Positions 51,967 through 64,000 of a DNA stretch of 64,000 nucleotides are shown in pieces. Source of the DNA: Amphiscolops sp. MND2022. Lineage: Eukaryota. The number at the start of each line of letters is the position of its first letter. Positions within the stretch are counted from its first letter, which is position 1. Both the position numbers and the translations under genes were made by a program. The notes under the pieces were generated by a model that searched no databases, was not told the origin of the DNA, and saw nothing but the letters and a program-made list of their open reading frames with translations. Location of the stretch: positions 76,200,001-76,264,000 of the forward strand of contig OZ076409.1 in assembly GCA_964187785.1 (NCBI GenBank), written 5' to 3'.

Positions 51967-54900
51967 GTGCGGGGGGGTAACCCCAACAAATATATTGGAG
52001 GATTCGGGTAGGGTCCTGAATCCGATTTTAACTCTAATAGCTATCGATAGGAAATCTTGCAAAAATTTCGGGATCTCGTGATCTAACCATAGGATTTTAA
52101 AGTTGGAGCGGCCCCCACCAGATTTTCCGAAAATTAGCGCCCCCCACCGGGTTCCATACCCCGGAAAATTTTTTTCTGGCCACACGGGCGACCGTTAGGG
52201 GGTCATTTTAGGGGTAAAATTCATATTGGGCCACATAACTTTTTTTCTGTTGATTTAAAACTTTGGAACCCTGCTAAAAGTTTCTTGACCGTGTTGCAGG
52301 GGCCCCGAAGGTCCAAACCAAATTTTTCTATCTTGAAGCTATCTCCAAGTACCCCCCCGCTCAAACCGTTATTTTTCCGGAAACGCAGGTTTTTGACCCG
52401 GAAGGAGTCGTCTGAGCGCGGGGTCGTTAGGTGATGTATTGGGGACGGCCTTGAGACGAAGTGGGGGACAAGTAGTTTGCCAACCTCAATTTACCCCCCG
52501 GACGGGAAATGACCGTTATATGAGCGTGAAAAATGCCCCCCTCCACGTTTTACCGCTTTTTCCGGTGTGAAGGAGTGGGAGTAGCGCGTCGGGTGTTATA
52601 TAACAAAAGTAGGTTTAGACAAGGACCTATCGGAAACATGTAGTTTGGGACCCCCTGGACCAACCCGTTAGCGGGAAATGGGGCTTCCGCCTCCTTTTTC
52701 TAGTGCTAAAACCGTGAAATGGGCATTGAGGGGTAAATATCTCGTGAACGCGTGGAGCAATCGTGTCCATCACTACTACAAGGTTTCATACCCATGATAT
52801 GGTGCCTTCAGGGGGGCAAACAGATTTCCGCTATCTATCACCGTTACCGACTTGGCCCCCCAGCCTAACCTCTATGTGACCGGAAATGTCACTTTTTGAG
52901 CCCAAAGGGTCGGTCCCAGCCGGGGAACGTTAGGTAACTTATTGTAGTACTCAATGAGACGAGTTGGGGGATATAGTTTCAGTCACCCCCCGTTACCCCT
53001 TGGGACCGGAAATGACCGTTATGTGGGTAAAATTGCAATTTTTATACTTTTTCAAGTGTATTTAGGTGCGGAAGGAGTGGTAATAGGTGCTTGGACACTA
53101 TATGAGGTAAGGGAGGACGTGAGGCGAGCATTCGGAAATAACCGTTATGTTGACCCTAAAGTCCCCCTGGTACCGTAAGCGACCGGAAATGGTCAAATTT
53201 TATGTCTATTGGGTACAAATGTTTTGTATTTTGTAGATAAAAGTATCTATTAGGTGTTTCGACGGTCTACAGTAGTGAACATAGTCATGAAACCTTGTGG
53301 GGGGTAACGGTATATAGCACCGGAAGTCAAACCGTTGGAGACAGGATAGGTTTTTTGGTTTTAAAATGTCTTTCGGCGTAATTTTTTCGACTCTTGTGGA
53401 CTATTTTTAAAAATTAAAGTTTTTCCATATAGTTTCAGAGACTCCGAAACCTCAACCAACATAACCGTTACCTTATGATAGCCTTTCAAGTTGGCCTGGT
53501 GTCAACTTGGAAGCGCTATCCTTCTGAAATCGTTAATCAAGAGTGTTTTTGGGTAGGTATATATTGCATTAGTACCAATTAGAGCTTCATCAACAGTGTA
53601 TCAACGACAAAAACTATGCCGTCATGATTCCGTTATTAGAATCATAGTGAGCAAATTGTTGAAAAAAATGGTTTTTTCCATACAAAATGTGTCCTAAATG
53701 CCAGGAAACCTATTTACCTAACAAATGGTATTAATTGGAATGTATGTAACAGATTTATAAAAGTTCAAATTGATTATTACATTTCATTATGGAAGCTGAA
53801 ACGTCATACTTTAGTTTAATTAACGTCAACGCCACACACTTTACATCAACGCCCACCGTCTGTGGGCATGCCGAGGCATGCCCTTCGACGACGTATGACA
53901 ATTCCATATCAAACGACGCCCGTACATCCCGGGCTAGGTGCGGGGGGGAAACCCCATCCCTTATCTTGGAGGATTCGGGTAGGGTCCTGAATCCGAGTTC
54001 AGTGCCGCCAGCTCTCAGTAGAAATCTGGGCATTTTTTTGCGATCTCGTGATCTAACCATAGGATTTTAAAGTTGGAGCGGCCCCCACCAGATTTTCCAA
54101 AGTTATTCGCCCCCCACCGGGTTCCAGCGTGATTGAAATATTCTGACGGGGTACACGGGCGACCGTTAGGGGTCATTTTAGGGGTAAAATTTATATCCGG
54201 TCGCATAACTTTTTTCCTGTTGGATTAAAACTTTTGGACCCTGCTAAAAGTTTCTTGACCGTGTTGCGGGGGCTCCGGAGGTCCAAACCAAATTTTTCTA
54301 TCTTGAAGCTATCTCCAAGTACCCCCCCGCCCAAACCGTTATTTTTCCGGAAACGCCGGTTTTTGACCCGGAAGGAGTCGTCTGAGCGCGGGGTTGTTAG
54401 GTGATGTTTTGGGGACGGCCTTGAGACGAAGCGGGGGATATATAGTTTGCCGACCCCAGTTTACCCCCCGGACGGGAAATGACCGTTATATGAGCGGGAA
54501 AAATGCCCCCCTCCACGTTTTACCGCTATTTCCGGTGTGAAGGAGTGGGAGTAGCGCGTCGGGTGTTATATATCAAAAGTAGGTTTAGACAAGGACCTAT
54601 CGGAAACATGTAGTTTGGGACCCCCTGGTCCAACCCGTTAGCGAGAAATGGGGCTTCCGCCTCCTTTTTTTACTGCTAAAACCGTAAAATGGGCATTGAG
54701 GGGTAAAAATCTCGTGAACGCGTGGAGCAATCGTGTCCATCACTACTACAAGGTTTCATACCCATGATATGGTGCCTTCAGGGGGGCAAACAGATTTCCG
54801 CTATCTATCACCGTTACCGACTTGGCCCCCCAGCCTAACCGCTATATGACCGGAAATGTCACTTTTTGAGCCCAAAGGGTCGGTCCCAGCCGGGGAACGT

Positions 54901-57900
54901 TAGGTAACTTATTGTAGTACTCAATGAGACGAGTTGGGGGATATAGTTTCAGTCACCCCCCGTTACCCCTTGGGACCGGAAATGACCGTTATGTGGGTAA
55001 AATTGCAATTTTTATACTTTTTCAAGTGTATTTAGGTGCGGAAGGAGTGGTAATAGGTGCTTGGACACTATATGAGGTAAGGGAGGACGTGAGGCGAGCA
55101 TTCGGAAATAACCGTTATGTTGACCCTAAAGTCCCCCTGGTACCGTAAACGACCGGAAATGGTCAAATTTTGTGTCTATTGGGTACAAATGTTTAGTATT
55201 TTGTAGATAAAAGTATCTATTAGGTGTTTCGACGGTCTGCAATAGTGAACATAGTCATGAAACCTTGTGGGGGGTAACGGGGTATATAGCACCGGAAGTC
55301 CAAACCGTTGGACACAGGATAGGTTTTTGGTTTGAAAATGTCTTTCGGCGTACTTTTGTCGACTATTATGGACTATTATTAAAAATTAAAGTTTTTCCAT
55401 ATAGTTTCAGAGACTCCGAAACCTCAACCAACATAACCGTTACATTTTGATAGCCTTTCAAGTTGGCCTGGTGTCAACTTGGAAGCGCTATCCTTCTGAA
55501 ATCGTAAATCAAGAGTGTTTTTGGGTAGGTATATATTGCATTAGTACCAATTAGAGCTTCATCAACAGTGTATCAACGACAAAAACTATGCCGTCAGGAT
55601 TCCGTTATTAGAATCATAGTGAGCAAATTGTTGAAAAAAAAGGTTTTTTCCATACAAAATGTGTCCTAAATGCCAGGAAACCTATTTACCTAACAAATGG
55701 TATTAATTGGAATGTATGTAACAGATTTATAAAAGTTCAAATTGAATATTACATTTCATTATGGAAGCTGAAACGTTATATTTTAGTTTGATTAACGTCC
55801 ACGCCACATACTTTACATCAACGCCCACCGTCTGTGGGCATGCCGAGGCATGCCCTTCGTCGACATATACCAAATACATACCTAACGACGCCCGTACATC
55901 CCGGGCTAGGTGCGGGGGGGAAACCCCATCCCTTATCTTGGAGGATTCGGGTAGGGTCCTGAATCCGATCTTAGTTCGCCCAGCTCTCAGTAGAAATCTG
56001 GGAAATTTTTTGCGATCTCGTGATCTAACCATAGGATTTTAAAGTTGGAGCGGCCCCCACCAGATTTTCCAAAGTTATTCGCCCCCCACCGGGTTCCAGC
56101 GTGATTGAAATATTCTGACGGGGTACACGGGCGACCGTTAGGGGTCATTTTAGGGGTAAAATTTATATAATGTCGCTTAACTTTTTTCCTGTTGGATTAA
56201 AACTTTGGGACCCTGCTAAAAGTTTCTTGACCGTGTTGCAGGGGCCCCGGAGGTCCAAACCAAATTTTTCTATCTTGAAGCTATCTCCAAGTACCCCCCC
56301 GCCCAAACCGTTATTTTTCTGGATACGCCGGTTTTTGACCCGGAAGGAGTCGTCTGAGCGCGGGGTCGTTAGGTGATGTTTTGGGGACGGCCTCGAGACG
56401 AAGCGGGGGATATATAGTTTGCCGACCCCAGTTTACCCCCCGCACGGGAAATGACCGTTATATGAGCGGGAAAAATGCCCCCCTCCACGTTTTACCGCTA
56501 TTTCCGGTGTGAAGGAGTGGGAGTAGCGCGTCGGGTGTTATATAACAAAAGTAGGTTTAGACAAGGACCTATCGGAAACATGTGGTTTGGGACCCCCTGA
56601 CCCAACCCGTTAGCGGGAAATGGGGCTTCCGCCTCCTTTTTTTATTGCTAAAACCGTAAAATGGGCATTGAGGGGTAAATATCTCGTGAACGCGTGGAGC
56701 AATCGTGTCCATCACTACTACAAGGTTTCATACCCATGATATGGTGCCTTCAGGGGGGCAAACAGATTTCCGCTATCTATCACCGTTACGGACTTGGCCC
56801 CCCAGCCTAACCGCTATGTGACCGGAAATGTCACTTTTTGAGCCCAAAGGGTCGGTCCCAGCCAGGGAACGTTAGGAAACTTATTGTAGTACTCAATGAG
56901 ACGAGTTGGGGGACAAAGTTTCAGTCACCCCCCGTTACCCCTTGGGACCGGAAATGACCGTTATGTGGGTAAATTTGCAAGTTTTATACTTTTTCAAGTG
57001 TATTTAGGTGCGGAAGGAGTGGTAATAGGTGCTTGGACACTATATGAAGGAAGGGAGGACGTGAGGCGAGCATTCGGAAATAACCGTTATGTTGACCCTA
57101 AAGTCCCCCTGGTACCGGAAGTGACCCGTAATGGTCAAATTTTGTGTTCAAAGGGTACAAATGTTTGGTGTTTTTTGGATAACAGTACCTATTAGGTGTT
57201 TTGACGGTCTGCAGTCGTGAACATAGTCATGAAACCTTGTGGGGGGTAACGGTATATAGCACCGGAAGTCCAAACCGTTGGAGAAAGGATAAGTTTTTTG
57301 GTTTTAAAATGTCTTTCGGCCTACTTTTGTTGACTATTATGGACTATTTTTGAAAAATACAGTTTTTCCATATAGTTTCAGAGACTCCGAAACCTCAACC
57401 AACATAACCGTTACGTTATGATAGCCTTTCAAGTTGGCCTGGTGTCAACTTGGAAGGGCTATCCTTCAAAAATCATTAATCAAGTGTGTTTTTGAGTATG
57501 TTTGTATTACTTTAGAATCAATTAGAGCTTCAAGAAAAGTTTGCCAACGACAAAAACTATGTCGTGATGATTCCGTTATTAGAATAATGGTTAAGAAAAT
57601 GTTGATAAATTTGATTTTTTACATTTCAAATGTGTCGTAAATGCCAGAAAACCTTTTTACCAAACAAATGGTATTGATTGAATTGTATATAACAGGTAAT
57701 AAAAGTTCAAATTGATTATTACGTTTCATTATTCAAGCTAAAAATTCATAACATAGTTTAATTAACGTCAACGTCACATACTTTTTATCAACGCCCACCG
57801 TCTGTGGGCATGCCGAGGCATGCCCTTCGACGACGTATACCAAATACATACCTAACGACGCCCGTACATGCCGGGCTAGGTGCGGGGGGGAAACCCCAAC

Positions 57901-60900
57901 AAAATTTTTGGAGGATTCGGGTAGGGTCCTGAATCCGAGTTCAGTGCTGCCAGCTTTCGTTAAGAAAATTTGGATAGGATTCGGGATCTCGTGATCTAAC
58001 CATAGGATTTTAAAGTTGGAGCGGCCCCCACCAGATTTTCCGAAAATTAGCGCCCCCCACCGGGTTCCATACCCCGGAAAATTTTTTTCTGGCCACACGG
58101 GCGACCGTTAGGGGGTCATTTTAGGGGTAAATTTCATATTGGGCCACATAACTTTTTTTCTGTTGATTTAAAACTTTGGGACCCTGCTAAAAGTTTCTTG
58201 ACCGTGTTGCAAGGGCTCCGGAGGTCCAAACCAAATTTTTCTATCTTGAAGCTATCTCCAAGTACCCCCCCGCCCAAAACGTTATTTTTCCGGAAACGCA
58301 GGTTTTTGACCCGGAAGGAGTCGTCGGAGCGCGGGGTCGTTAGGTGATGTATTGGGGACGGCCTTGAGACGAAGTGGGGGACATGCAGTTTGCCAACCCC
58401 AGTTTACCCCCGGACGGGAAATGACCGTTATATGAGCGGCAAAAATGTCTCCCTCCACGTTTTACCGCTATTTCCGGTGTGAAGGAATGGGAGTAGCGCG
58501 TCGGGTGCCATATATCAAAAGTAGGTTTAGACAAGGACCTATCGGAAACATGTGGTTTGGGACCCCCTGGACCAACCCGTTAGCGGGAAATGGGGCTTCC
58601 GCCTCCTTTTTTTACTGCTAAAACAGTAAAATGGGCATTGAGGGGTAAATATCTCGTGAACGCGTGGAGCTACGGTGTCCATCACTACTACAAGGTTTCA
58701 TACCCATGATATGGTGCCTTCAGGGGGGCAAACAGATTTCCGCTATCTATCACCGTTACTGACTTGGCCCCCCAGCCTAACCGCTATGTGACCGGAAATG
58801 TCACTTTTTGAGCCCAAAGGGTCGATCCTAGCCGGGCAACGTTAGGTAACAAATTGTAGTACTCATTGAGACGAGTTGGGGGATCTAGTTTCAGTCACCC
58901 CCCGTTACCCCTTGAGACCGGAAATGACCGTTATGTGAGTAGAATTGCAATTTTTATACCTTTTGAAGGGCATTTAGGTGCGGAAGGAATGGTAATAGGT
59001 GCTTGGACACTATATGATGTAATGGAGGTCGTGAGGAGAGCATTCGGAAGTAACCGTTACGTTGACCCCAAAGTCCCCCTGGTACCGTTAACAACCGGAA
59101 ATGGCCAAATTTTGTGTTTATAGGGTACAAATGTTTGGTATTTTATGGATAAAAGTACCTGGAAGGTGTTTTAAAGGCCTCCAGAAGTGAACATAGTCAT
59201 GAAACTTTGTGGGGGTAACGGTATATAGCACCGGAAGTCCAAACCGTTAGTTACAGGATAGGTTTTTTGGTTTCAAAAGGTCTTTAGGCGTACTTTTGTT
59301 GGTTGAATCGTCATAATATCAACTAATACGGACTTTTTTCGGAAATAAAATTTTTTCACATTAGTTTCAGGGACCTCCAATGTTTCAGTCAACATAACCG
59401 TTACATTTTGATAGCCTTTCAAGTTGGCCTGGTGTCAACTTGGAAGGGCTATCCTTCTAAAATCGTTAATCAAGAGTGTTTTTGGGTAGGTATATGTTGC
59501 ATTAGTACCAATTAGAGCTTCATCAACAGTTTGCCAACGGCAAAAACGATGTCGTGATAATTCCGTTATAAGAATATTAATTAACAAATTGTTTCCAAAG
59601 TTGATTTTTTCCATTCGAAATGTGTCCCAATGCCACCAAATTGAATAAAATAATAAATGGTATTGACTAAAACTAAATAACATTGAAAAAGAAGCTCAAC
59701 ATTTTTAATAGGTCTCATTATGGAAGCTGAAACCTCACGTTTTAACTTAATTAACGTCAACGCCACATACTTTACATCAACGCCCACCGTCTGTGGGCAT
59801 GCCGAGGCATGCCCTTCGACGACGTATACCAATTACATATATATCTACACCCACCCGCGGTAGCAGCTAGGTGCGGGGGGGTAACCCCAACAAAATTTTT
59901 GGAGGATTCGGGTAGGGTCCTGAATCCGAGTTCAGTGCTGCCAGCTTTCGTTAAGAAAATTTGGATAGGATTCGGGATCTCGTGATCTAACCATAGGATT
60001 TTAAAGTTGGAGCGGCCCCCACCAGATTTTCCGAAAATTAGCGCCCCCCACCGGGTTCCATACCCCGGAAAATTTTTTTCTGGCCACACGGGCGACCGTT
60101 AGGGGTCATTTTAGGGGTAAAATTCATATTGGGCCACATAACTTTTTTTCTGTTGATTTAAAACTTTAGGACCCTGCTAAAAGTTTCTTGACCATGTTGC
60201 AGGGGCCCCGGAGGTCCAAACCAAATTTTTCTATCTTGAAGCTATCTCCAAGTACCCCCCCGCCCAAACCGTTATTTTTCCGGAAACGCAGGTTTTTGAC
60301 CCGGAAGGAGTCGTCTGAGCGCGGGGTCGTTAGGTGATGTTTTGGGGACGGCCTCGAGACGAAGCGGGGGATATATAGTTTGCCGACCCCAGTTTACCCC
60401 CCGGACGGGAAATGACCGTTATATGAGCGGGAAGATTGCCCCCCTCCACGTTTAACCGCTATTTCCGGTGTGAAGGAGTGGGAGTAGCGCGTCGGGTGTC
60501 ATATATCAAAAGTAGGTTTAGACAAGGACCTATCGGAAACATGTAGTTTGGGACCCCCTGGACCAACCTGTTAGCGGGAAATGGCGCTTCCGCCTCCTTT
60601 TTTTTACTTCTAAAACCGTAAAATGGGCATTGAGGGGTAAATATCTCGTGAACGCGTGGAGCTACGGTGTCATTCACTACTGCAAGGTTTCATACCCATG
60701 ATATGGTGCCTTCAGGGGGGCAAACAGATTTCCGCTATCTATCACCGTTACCGACTTGGCCCCCCAGCCTAACCGCTATGTGACCGGAAATGTCACTTTT
60801 TGAGCCCAAAGGGTCGGTCCCAGCCGGGGAACGTTAGGTAACTTATTGTAGTACTCAATGAGACGAGTTGGGGGATATAGTTTCAGTCACCCCCGTTACC

Positions 60901-63900
60901 CCTTGGGACCGGAAATGACCGTTATGTGGGTAAAATTGCAATTTTTATACTTTTTCAAGTGTATTTAGGTGCGGAAGGAGTGGTAATAGGTGCTTGGACA
61001 CTATATGAGGTAAGGGAGGACGTGAGGCGAGCATTCGGAAATAACCGTTATGTTGACCCTAAAGTCCCCCTGGTACCGTAAACGACCGGAAATGGTCAAA
61101 TTTTGTGTCTATTGGGTACAAATGTTTAGTATTTTGTAGATAAAAGTATCTATTAGGTGTTTCGACGGTCTGCAATAGTGAACATAGTCATGAAACCTTG
61201 TGGGGGGTAACGGGGTATATAGCACCGGAAGTCCAAACCGTTGGACACAGGATAGGCTTTTGGTTTGAAAATGTCTTTCGGCGTACTTTTGTCGACTATT
61301 ATGGACTATTATTAAAAATTAAAGTTTTTCCATATAGTTTCAGAGACTCCGAAACCTCAACCAACATAACCGTTACATTTTGATAGCCTTTCAAGTTGGC
61401 CTGGTGTCAACTTGGAAGCGCTATCCTTCTGAAATCGTTAATCAAGAGTGTTTTTGGGTAGGTATATATTGCATTAGTACCAATTAGAGCTTCATCAACA
61501 GTGTATCAACGACAAAAACTATGCCGTCAGGATTCCGTTATTAGAATCATAGTGAGCAAATTGTTGAAAAAAATGGTTTTTTCCAAATAAAAATGTGTCC
61601 TAAATGCCAGGAAACCTATTTACCTAACAAATGGTATTAATTGGAATGTATGTAACAGATTTATAAAAGTTCAAATTGAATATTACATTTCATTATGGAA
61701 GCTGAAACGTAATTTTTTAGTTTAATTAACGTCAACGCCACACACTTTACATCAACGCCCACCGTCTGTGGGCATGCCGAGGCATGCCCTTCGACGACGT
61801 ATACCAAATACATACCCAAACGACGCCCGTACATCCCGGGCTAGGTGCGGGGGGGAAACCCCTTCCTTTATCTTGGAGGATTCGGGTAGGGTCCTGAATC
61901 CGAGTTCAGTGCCGCCAGCTCTCAGTAGAAATCTGGGAAATTTTTTGCGATCTCGTGATCTAACCATAGGATTTTAAAGTTGGAGCGGCCCCCACCAGAT
62001 TTTCCAAAGTTATTCGCCCCCCACCGGGTTCCAGCGTGATTGAAATATTTTGACGGGGTACACGGGCGACCGTTAGGGGTCATTTTGGGGGTAAAATTCA
62101 TATTGGGCCACATAACTTTTTTTCTGTTGATTTAAAACTTTGGGACCCTGCTAAAAGTTTCTTGACCATGTTGCAGGGGCCCCGGAGGTCCAAACCAAAT
62201 TTTTCTATCTTGAAGCTATCTCCAAGTACCCCCCCGCCCAAACCGTTATTTTTCCGGAAACGCCGGTTTTTGACCCGGAAGGAGTCGTCTGAGCGCGGGG
62301 TCGTTAGGTGATGTATTGGGGACGGCCTTGAGACGAAGCGGGGGATATATAGTTTGCCGACCCCAGTTTACCCCCCGCACGGGAAATGACCGTTATATGA
62401 GCGGGAAAAATGCCCCCCTCCACGTTTTACCGCTATTTCCGGTGTGAAGGAGTGGGAGTAGCGCGTCGGGTGTTATATATCAAAAGTAGGTTTAGACAAG
62501 GATCTATCAGGAACATGTAGTTTGGGACCCCCTGGACCAACCCGCTAGCGGGAAATGGCGCTTCCGCCTCCTTTTTTTACTGCTAAAACCGTAAAATGGG
62601 CATTGAGGGGTAAATATCTCGTGAACGCGTGGAGCTACGATGTCCTTCACTACTACAAGGTTTCATACCCATGATATGGTGCCTTTAGGGGGGCAAACAG
62701 ATTTCCGCTATCTATCACCGTTACCGACTTGGCCCCTCAGCCTAACCGCTATGTGACCGGAAATGTCACTTTTTGAGCCCAAAGGGTCGGTCCCAGCCGG
62801 GGAACGTTAGGTAACTTATTGTAGTACTCAATGAGACGAGTTGGGGGATATAGTTTCAGTCACCCCCCGTTACCCCTTGGGACCGGAAATGACCGTTATG
62901 TGGGTAAAATTGCAATTTTTATACTTTTTCAAGTGTATTTAGGTGCGGAAGGAGTGGTAATAGGTGCTTGGACACTATATGAGGTAAGGGAGGACGTGAG
63001 GCGAGCATTCGGAAATGACCGTTATGTTGACCCTAAAATCCCCCTGGTACCGTAAACGACCGGAAATGGTCAAATTTTGTGTCTATTGGGTACAAATGTT
63101 TAGTATTTTGTAGATAAAAGTATCTATTAGGTGTTTCGACGGTCTGCAATAGTGAACATAGTCATGAAACCTTGTGGGGGGTAGCGGGGTATATAGCACC
63201 GGAAGTCCAAACCGTTGGACACAGGATAGGTTTTTGGTTTGAAAATGTCTTTCGGCGTACTTTTGTCGACTATTATGGACTATTATTAAAAATTAAAGTT
63301 TTTCCATATAGTTTCAGAGACTCCGAAACCTCAACCAACATAACCGTTACATTTTGATAGCCTTTCAAGTTGGCCTGGTGTCAACTTGGAAGCGCTATCC
63401 TTCTGAAATCGTTAATCAAGAGTGTTTTTGGGTAGGTATATATTGCATTAGTACCAATTAGAGCTTCATCAACAGTGTTTCAACGACAAAAACTATGCCG
63501 TCAGGATTCCGTTATTAGAATCATAGTGAGCAAATTGTTGAAAAAAATGGTTTTTTCCATACAAAATGTGTCCTAAATGCCAGGAAACCTATTTACCTAA
63601 CAAATGGTATTAATTGGAATGTATGTAACAGATTTATAAAAGTTCAAGTTGAATATTACATTTCATTATGGAAGCTGAAACCTCACGTTTTAGGTCACTT
63701 AGCGTCAACGCCACATACTTTACATCAACGCCCACTGTCTGTGGGCATGCCGAGGCATGCCCTTCGACGACGTATACCAATTACATATATATCTACACCC
63801 ACCCGCGGTAGCAGCTAGGTGCGGGGGGGAAACCCCATCCCTTATCTTGGAGGATTCGGGTAGGGTCCTGAATCCGAGTTCAGTGCCGCCAGCTCTCAGT

Positions 63901-64000
63901 AGAAATCTGGGCATTTTTTTGCGATCTCGTGATCTAACCATAGGATTTTAAAGTTGGAGCGGCCCCCACCAGATTTTCCAAAGTTATTCGCCCCCCACCG
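51967..64000 (+). mobile_element. Six complete family A units starting at 51967, 53938, 55910, 57880, 59871, 61845, plus a partial unit from 63819
   Basis: GCTAG|GTGCG junctions; lengths 1970-1991 bp. Confidence 0.75.

Larger units (their letters stand above)
1..64000 (+). repeat. Head-to-tail array of long non-coding units (families A ~1.97 kb, B 1.39 kb, C 1.27 kb) that continues beyond both window edges
   Basis: The same blocks (e.g. GATAGCCTTTCAAGTTGG, GGGCATGCCGAGGCATGCCC, GCTAGGTG) recur about every 1.97 kb across the window, and the ORF track repeats with the same period. Confidence 0.98.

Noticed and set aside
1..64000. rDNA/5S, tRNA, snRNA or histone gene tandem array
   Set aside because: No recognisable rRNA, tRNA, snRNA or histone sequence in any unit.
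1..64000. Assembly artefact from one duplicated repeat
   Set aside because: Copies differ by many consistent haplotype-like variants and include distinct families with compensatory changes.

Overview
The whole 64 kb window is a non-coding, head-to-tail array of discrete 1.3-2.0 kb units, all in one orientation and with no intervening host DNA. I count 29 complete and 2 partial copies of a ~1.97 kb family (A), one 1389 bp unit (B, 9150-10538) and three diverged units that are each exactly 1271 bp (C1 46199-47469, C2 47470-48740, C3 50696-51966). Almost every junction reads GCTAG|GTG (one reads ACTGG|GTG), whichever families are joined. All families share a 5' stem-loop with a conserved (G/T)AGGG(G/T) loop on covarying stems. 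All but C1 share a 3' module made of a TCAACGCC direct repeat and a GGGCATGCCGAGGCATGCCC palindrome. G-T wobble pairs, GNRA loops and compensatory changes suggest the + strand acts as folded ssDNA or RNA. One complete A unit (34390-36363) sits inside another and is flanked by a 35 bp direct duplication, which fixes the element ends as GTG...CTAG and indicates unit-wise mobility. My best interpretation (inference) is a mixed, cassette-like array of non-autonomous mobile elements with Helitron-like CTRR 3' ends but atypical 5' ends, probably eukaryotic. No credible protein-coding gene, transposase, reverse transcriptase or RNA gene is visible, so the mobilising enzyme and host organism cannot be determined here.
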